In this document: piece after piece, positions 60,517 through 64,000 of the stretch | Numbering within the stretch: the first letter of the stretch is position 1 | Layout of the letters: each line of letters begins with the position of its first letter | Source of the DNA: an uncultured delta proteobacterium | GTDB lineage: Bacteria; Desulfobacterota; Binatia; UBA9968 | Assembly: GCA_963755715.1 (NCBI GenBank) | Contig: CAVWLW010000009.1 | Location: forward strand, 17,347-81,346 | DNA: 64,000 bases | Direction of reading: 5' to 3' | Notes under the pieces: generated by a model | What the model was told of the DNA's origin: nothing | Databases searched by the model: none | Seen by the model: the letters and a program-made list of their open reading frames with translations, nothing else | Program-made: the position numbers and the translations under genes

Positions 60517-60833
60517 CCGCCCCTCCGCCTGAAGAAAACCAATTCATCTAAGGATAATAAAGCAACCAAACCATTTGATGCGGTGCGGTCGATCTCAATC
60601 TAGCTTGGTTTCTCGGACGATTTTATGAAACTTATTATCAGATTCGAAAACTCCGGCAAACTCTCCTACCACAAATGGGAATTGCCATGACCGACAAACA
60701 GTCTACACCAAACTGCGGAAGTTATGCCGTTTGATTTCACGAAGTGTTAGATTGAGCCCATGGCAGCTATCGACTTCCAAAAATTATTCAAGGCAACCCC
60801 GCGGAAGAATCCGTTCCGCGCCGCACTCTGTCC

Positions 60834-60962
60834 ATGGAAACGCTTTTAAATCTTGGTTTGGCGCTCGCTCTCGGGCTGCTCGTCGGCGTGGAGCGGGGCT
60901 GGCAGGAGCGCGAGGCCGCTGAAGGCAGCCGCCTGGCCGGCATTCGAACTTTTGGCCTGATT
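60834..60962 (+). pseudogene. 5' fragment of an MgtC/SapB family membrane protein
   Basis: LGLALALGLLVGVERGWQ...AGIRTFGLI, after which similarity ends abruptly. Confidence 0.7.
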
Positions 60963-61250
60963 TATTGGACTTATAGAGCAACCAGGAAAGAGCTTCGACG
61001 AATTGTCAACTCTTTCCGGATATCGTATGAGAAATCGTTTCACTCACCTCACCTTGATTGCTCTGCTCGCATGGCCAGGCAAGGGATGAGGCGAAACATA
61101 AGATCGAGGCCGCCAAAAAGACGGCCAGGTGTTTTTCTTTTCAGGTAGGGATTTGCTAGATACGATTCCCAGGAGGGATAGGATCGTTCGGCCCAACAGA
61201 GAAGGTGCTTTAAATTACAGAGGCGAGACAACTCTTACGGAGCGCTCGTT

Positions 61251-62279
61251 ATGAAAACACATGATAAAAGTTTCATCTGGGCACTTTTTATTTGCCTAAC
61301 CACGATTTTTTCTGAAGGTTCTGCGATCGGTGCCCAGTCGGACCCCGGGTCACGCATTCTAGAAGGCGCGAAAAAAGAAGGCGCGCTAGTCTGGTACACC
61401 GCGCTCAACCTGAATGATTCGGAGATGTTGATTAAACGCTTCGAGCAGCTCTATCCGTTCATCAAGATCGAGGCGCTGCGCTTGAGTTCGTTTAGTCTTC
61501 TCTCAAAAATCCAGACCGAGGCAAGAGCCGGCGCGTTTAAGGCCGACGTGATTGAAATCGCCGGGGTGCTCGGCCACATCCTCAAGAAGGAAGGACTATT
61601 CGCGAAATATATTTCGCCGCAGTCGCGCTTTTATCCCGATTCCGTCAAGGATCCGGACGGAACTTGGACGAGTTTCTTCATGAATACTCATGTGCTCGTC
61701 TACAATACCAAGCTGGTAAAAAAGGACGAAGTACCAAAAACATTCGACGAGGTCACTCAGTCGAAATGGAAAGGCAAGATCACCATGCCCGAGGACTTTG
61801 ACATCTTTGGCATGATGCTAAAGATCATGGGGCGGTCAAAAGGCATGGATTTTATGCGGCGGCTGGCGGCCCAGGAAGTGTCGCTCAAAAACAGCTATTC
61901 GCTCGCTATCCAAGCGGTTGCGTCGGACGAAGCGGCGCTGGGTCTCAATCTCTACGGCACCCGAACAGAGGAGTTCAAGAAAAAATCAGCGCCGGTCGAA
62001 TGGGTTCCGCTCGAATTCACGCTCGCTTCATTGGAGCCTCTGGCGGTGGGCGCGAAGGCTCCTCATCCGAATTCGGCCCGGCTTTTTGTTGATTTTCTTC
62101 TATCAAAAGAAGCTCAGGGCCTGATGCGCGAGCGCTTTCGTATCCCGTCGCGCCCGGATGTGCTCCCGGATCCGCCGGAGCTGACGAAGGGATTGAAGTT
62201 GATCCCCACCGATTTATCCCTCGCGGAACAATCGAAGCAGCTCGCCGAAGAGTTTCGCCAAACCTTTCAAGTCCGTTGA
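61251..62279 (+). CDS. Extracellular solute-binding protein, AfuA-like
   Basis: GAKKEGALVWY, FEQLYPFI, LVYNTKLV, APHPNSARLFVDFLLSKEAQ. Confidence 0.9.
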   Translation: MKTHDKSFIWALFICLTTIFSEGSAIGAQSDPGSRILEGAKKEGALVWYTALNLNDSEMLIKRFEQLYPFIKIEALRLSSFSLLSKIQTEARAGAFKADVIEIAGVLGHILKKEGLFAKYISPQSRFYPDSVKDPDGTWTSFFMNTHVLVYNTKLVKKDEVPKTFDEVTQSKWKGKITMPEDFDIFGMMLKIMGRSKGMDFMRRLAAQEVSLKNSYSLAIQAVASDEAALGLNLYGTRTEEFKKKSAPVEWVPLEFTLASLEPLAVGAKAPHPNSARLFVDFLLSKEAQGLMRERFRIPSRPDVLPDPPELTKGLKLIPTDLSLAEQSKQLAEEFRQTFQVR

Positions 62280-62289
62280 CGAGGACCCA

Positions 62290-63813
62290 TTGGACTACCT
62301 TGTTAGAGGCCGATTTGTATTGACCATGCGCGAGGGGCTTGGCGCGGATGGCATCATTAAAGACGGCGCGATCTACGTTTCGGGAAAAAACATCGTTGAA
62401 GTAGGGCTGTTTAAGGACCTCAAGGCGCAATATCCGACCGCGACCATCGTTGGATCGCCGCGTTTTTGGATCACGCCTGGTTTTGTCAACGCTCATCAAC
62501 ACGGCAAAGGCATGACGAGCTTTCAACTTGGCGCCCTCGATGAGCCTCTGGAATTGACGCGGGTCAAAGCGGCGCCTCAGGCAAAGATTCCGCCGTATCT
62601 CGATACGCTCTATGCCGCTCTACGCATGATCGAAGCGGGTGTCACCACGTGCCTTCATTACAACTCAAGCCGCGGTCCGACCCAGTATGAGAGCGACGTG
62701 CGCGAACGGATCAAGGCCTATGCCGAAGCCGGCGTTCGCGTGTCTTTCGGTCTCGATATACGCGATCGCAATCACCTCGTTTATGGCGACGAAGAGTTTC
62801 TTGCCGGCTTGCCACCCGCTCTTAAAGAGCCGGCGCGGGCAAAGATCACTGAGCCGCGCACCGCAAATCCGGAAAATTACTTTCGGCTTGTCGGCCAACT
62901 TACCGATGAGCTGAGAAATGATCGTGACGGTCGGATCCAGCTTTTTCTTACGCCGGCCGGTCCTCAATGGTGCACCGAGGACTTGCTCAGGACTATTCAT
63001 CGGATTGCCGACGACCGTGGTCTGGGGATTCAAATTCACGTCTTGGAAACCAAGTACCAGCGCGCCTACTTTCATCGAACCTATGGAAAAAGCGCAGTCG
63101 AATGGCTCGACCAGCTGCAGTTCCTATCAGCCAATGTGAGTCTCGCCCATGGTGTGTGGCTGAGTGAGCAAGATATCGGCTTGGTCGCGCAACGCCGGAG
63201 CGCGTTGGTTCATAATCCGAGCTCCAACTTGCGGCTCAAAAGCGGCATCGCGCCTTTGACTCTGATTCGCCGCGCGGGCATTCCCGTAGCTTTGGGGCTG
63301 GATAGCAGCACGCTCAATGATGACATGGACATGCTCCAGGAGATGCGCCTGAGCGCCAATCTACAAAGAGTTCCCGGTGTAAGCGCCGAGACCGTAGCGC
63401 TCAAAGATATTTTCCGAATGGCGACGGTAAACGGCTCTCACGTATTGGGCTGGGGAGAATTGTCCGGCACGCTGGAACCCGGAAAGCGAGCCGATATGGT
63501 TTTGCTCGATGGCCGGAGGCTGGCTGAACCTTATCTCTCCAGCGAGCACAATCCTATTCATGCGCTTCTTTACCGCGGCCGAGCGAGCGACGTAGATACG
63601 GTGATGGTCGATGGCGAGATTCTCTACCGGGGTAAAAAGCATCTGAGGCTCGATGCAAAAAAATTGCTTAAACAAGTGAAAGCGTCGGTCAAGCCGGCGG
63701 CTAAAGACAGCGCTGAATCGGTCGAAGCGGAACTCCTTGCCCATGCGATCCGCTACTATCAGGCCTGGGACGAGGAGCCTCTAGTCCCGTACCACCGAGT
63801 TAACAGCATTTGA
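62290..63813 (+). CDS. Amidohydrolase_1 family deaminase (AtzA/MtaD/CodA-like)
   Basis: PGFVNAHQH, IHVLET, LAHGVW, HNPSSNLRLKSG, LGLDS, GTLEPGKRADMV. Confidence 0.9.
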   Translation: MDYLVRGRFVLTMREGLGADGIIKDGAIYVSGKNIVEVGLFKDLKAQYPTATIVGSPRFWITPGFVNAHQHGKGMTSFQLGALDEPLELTRVKAAPQAKIPPYLDTLYAALRMIEAGVTTCLHYNSSRGPTQYESDVRERIKAYAEAGVRVSFGLDIRDRNHLVYGDEEFLAGLPPALKEPARAKITEPRTANPENYFRLVGQLTDELRNDRDGRIQLFLTPAGPQWCTEDLLRTIHRIADDRGLGIQIHVLETKYQRAYFHRTYGKSAVEWLDQLQFLSANVSLAHGVWLSEQDIGLVAQRRSALVHNPSSNLRLKSGIAPLTLIRRAGIPVALGLDSSTLNDDMDMLQEMRLSANLQRVPGVSAETVALKDIFRMATVNGSHVLGWGELSGTLEPGKRADMVLLDGRRLAEPYLSSEHNPIHALLYRGRASDVDTVMVDGEILYRGKKHLRLDAKKLLKQVKASVKPAAKDSAESVEAELLAHAIRYYQAWDEEPLVPYHRVNSI

Positions 63814-63832
63814 AGATTTCAAGGAGGATTGA

Positions 63833-64000
63833 ATGGCACGATTGGCATTGACGGGCGCGACTTTGATGACCGCAACCAGAGGTAACATCGAAAATGGCAC
63901 ACTCCTGATTCACAATTCTGCGATCGCCGAGATCGGCGCTCACGTCCGCATCCCGCAGGACGCCGAAGTTTGGGATCTCAAGGGCAAAGTGGTGATCCCG
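63833..64000 (+). CDS. Amidohydrolase family protein (5' part; runs off the window)
   Basis: GGAGG RBS; MARLALTGATLMTATRGNIENGTLLIHNSAIAEIG...DLKGKVVIP. Confidence 0.75.
   Translation, partial: MARLALTGATLMTATRGNIENGTLLIHNSAIAEIGAHVRIPQDAEVWDLKGKVVIP

Overview
GC-rich bacterial window. The gene repertoire (many stand-alone substrate-binding proteins, amidohydrolases, VOC, cupin, LLM, UbiD and xanthine-dehydrogenase-family enzymes) suggests Candidatus Binatia/Binatota; this is inference only. About 20 genes are broken by single-base indels, most consistent with an unpolished long-read assembly, so I reconstructed those genes across frames by eye. Layout: (1) 1-16.1 kb: transport and catabolism (APC permease, an AfuABC-type ABC system, extra SBPs, a VOC-M24-VOC-M24 tandem). 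(2) 16.1-22.9 kb: housekeeping genes (lnt, Nudix, nth) plus LVIVD, SDR and a LigB/LigA pair. (3) 22.9-29.7 kb: an AT-richer accessory patch with microproteins (including an uncalled 49-aa protein with a canonical C2H2 zinc finger behind a sigma54-like promoter), lipid/envelope genes and gene remnants. (4) 29.7-58.6 kb: a ~29-kb all-minus-strand, GntR-headed catabolic cluster with 3 UbiD decarboxylases, 3 M29/AmpS-fold proteins sharing rewired metal ligands, 2 molybdo-flavo-FeS hydroxylases, an uncalled zinc-ribbon microprotein, LLM, cupins and 7 SBPs without permeases. This is the best candidate for an undescribed system. (5) 58.7-64 kb: MBL hydrolase, gene fragments, an SBP and amidohydrolases. 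Intergenic spaces hold several families of REP-like palindromes, one of them a three-level nested element. No rRNA, tRNA, CRISPR array or intact transposase was recognised.
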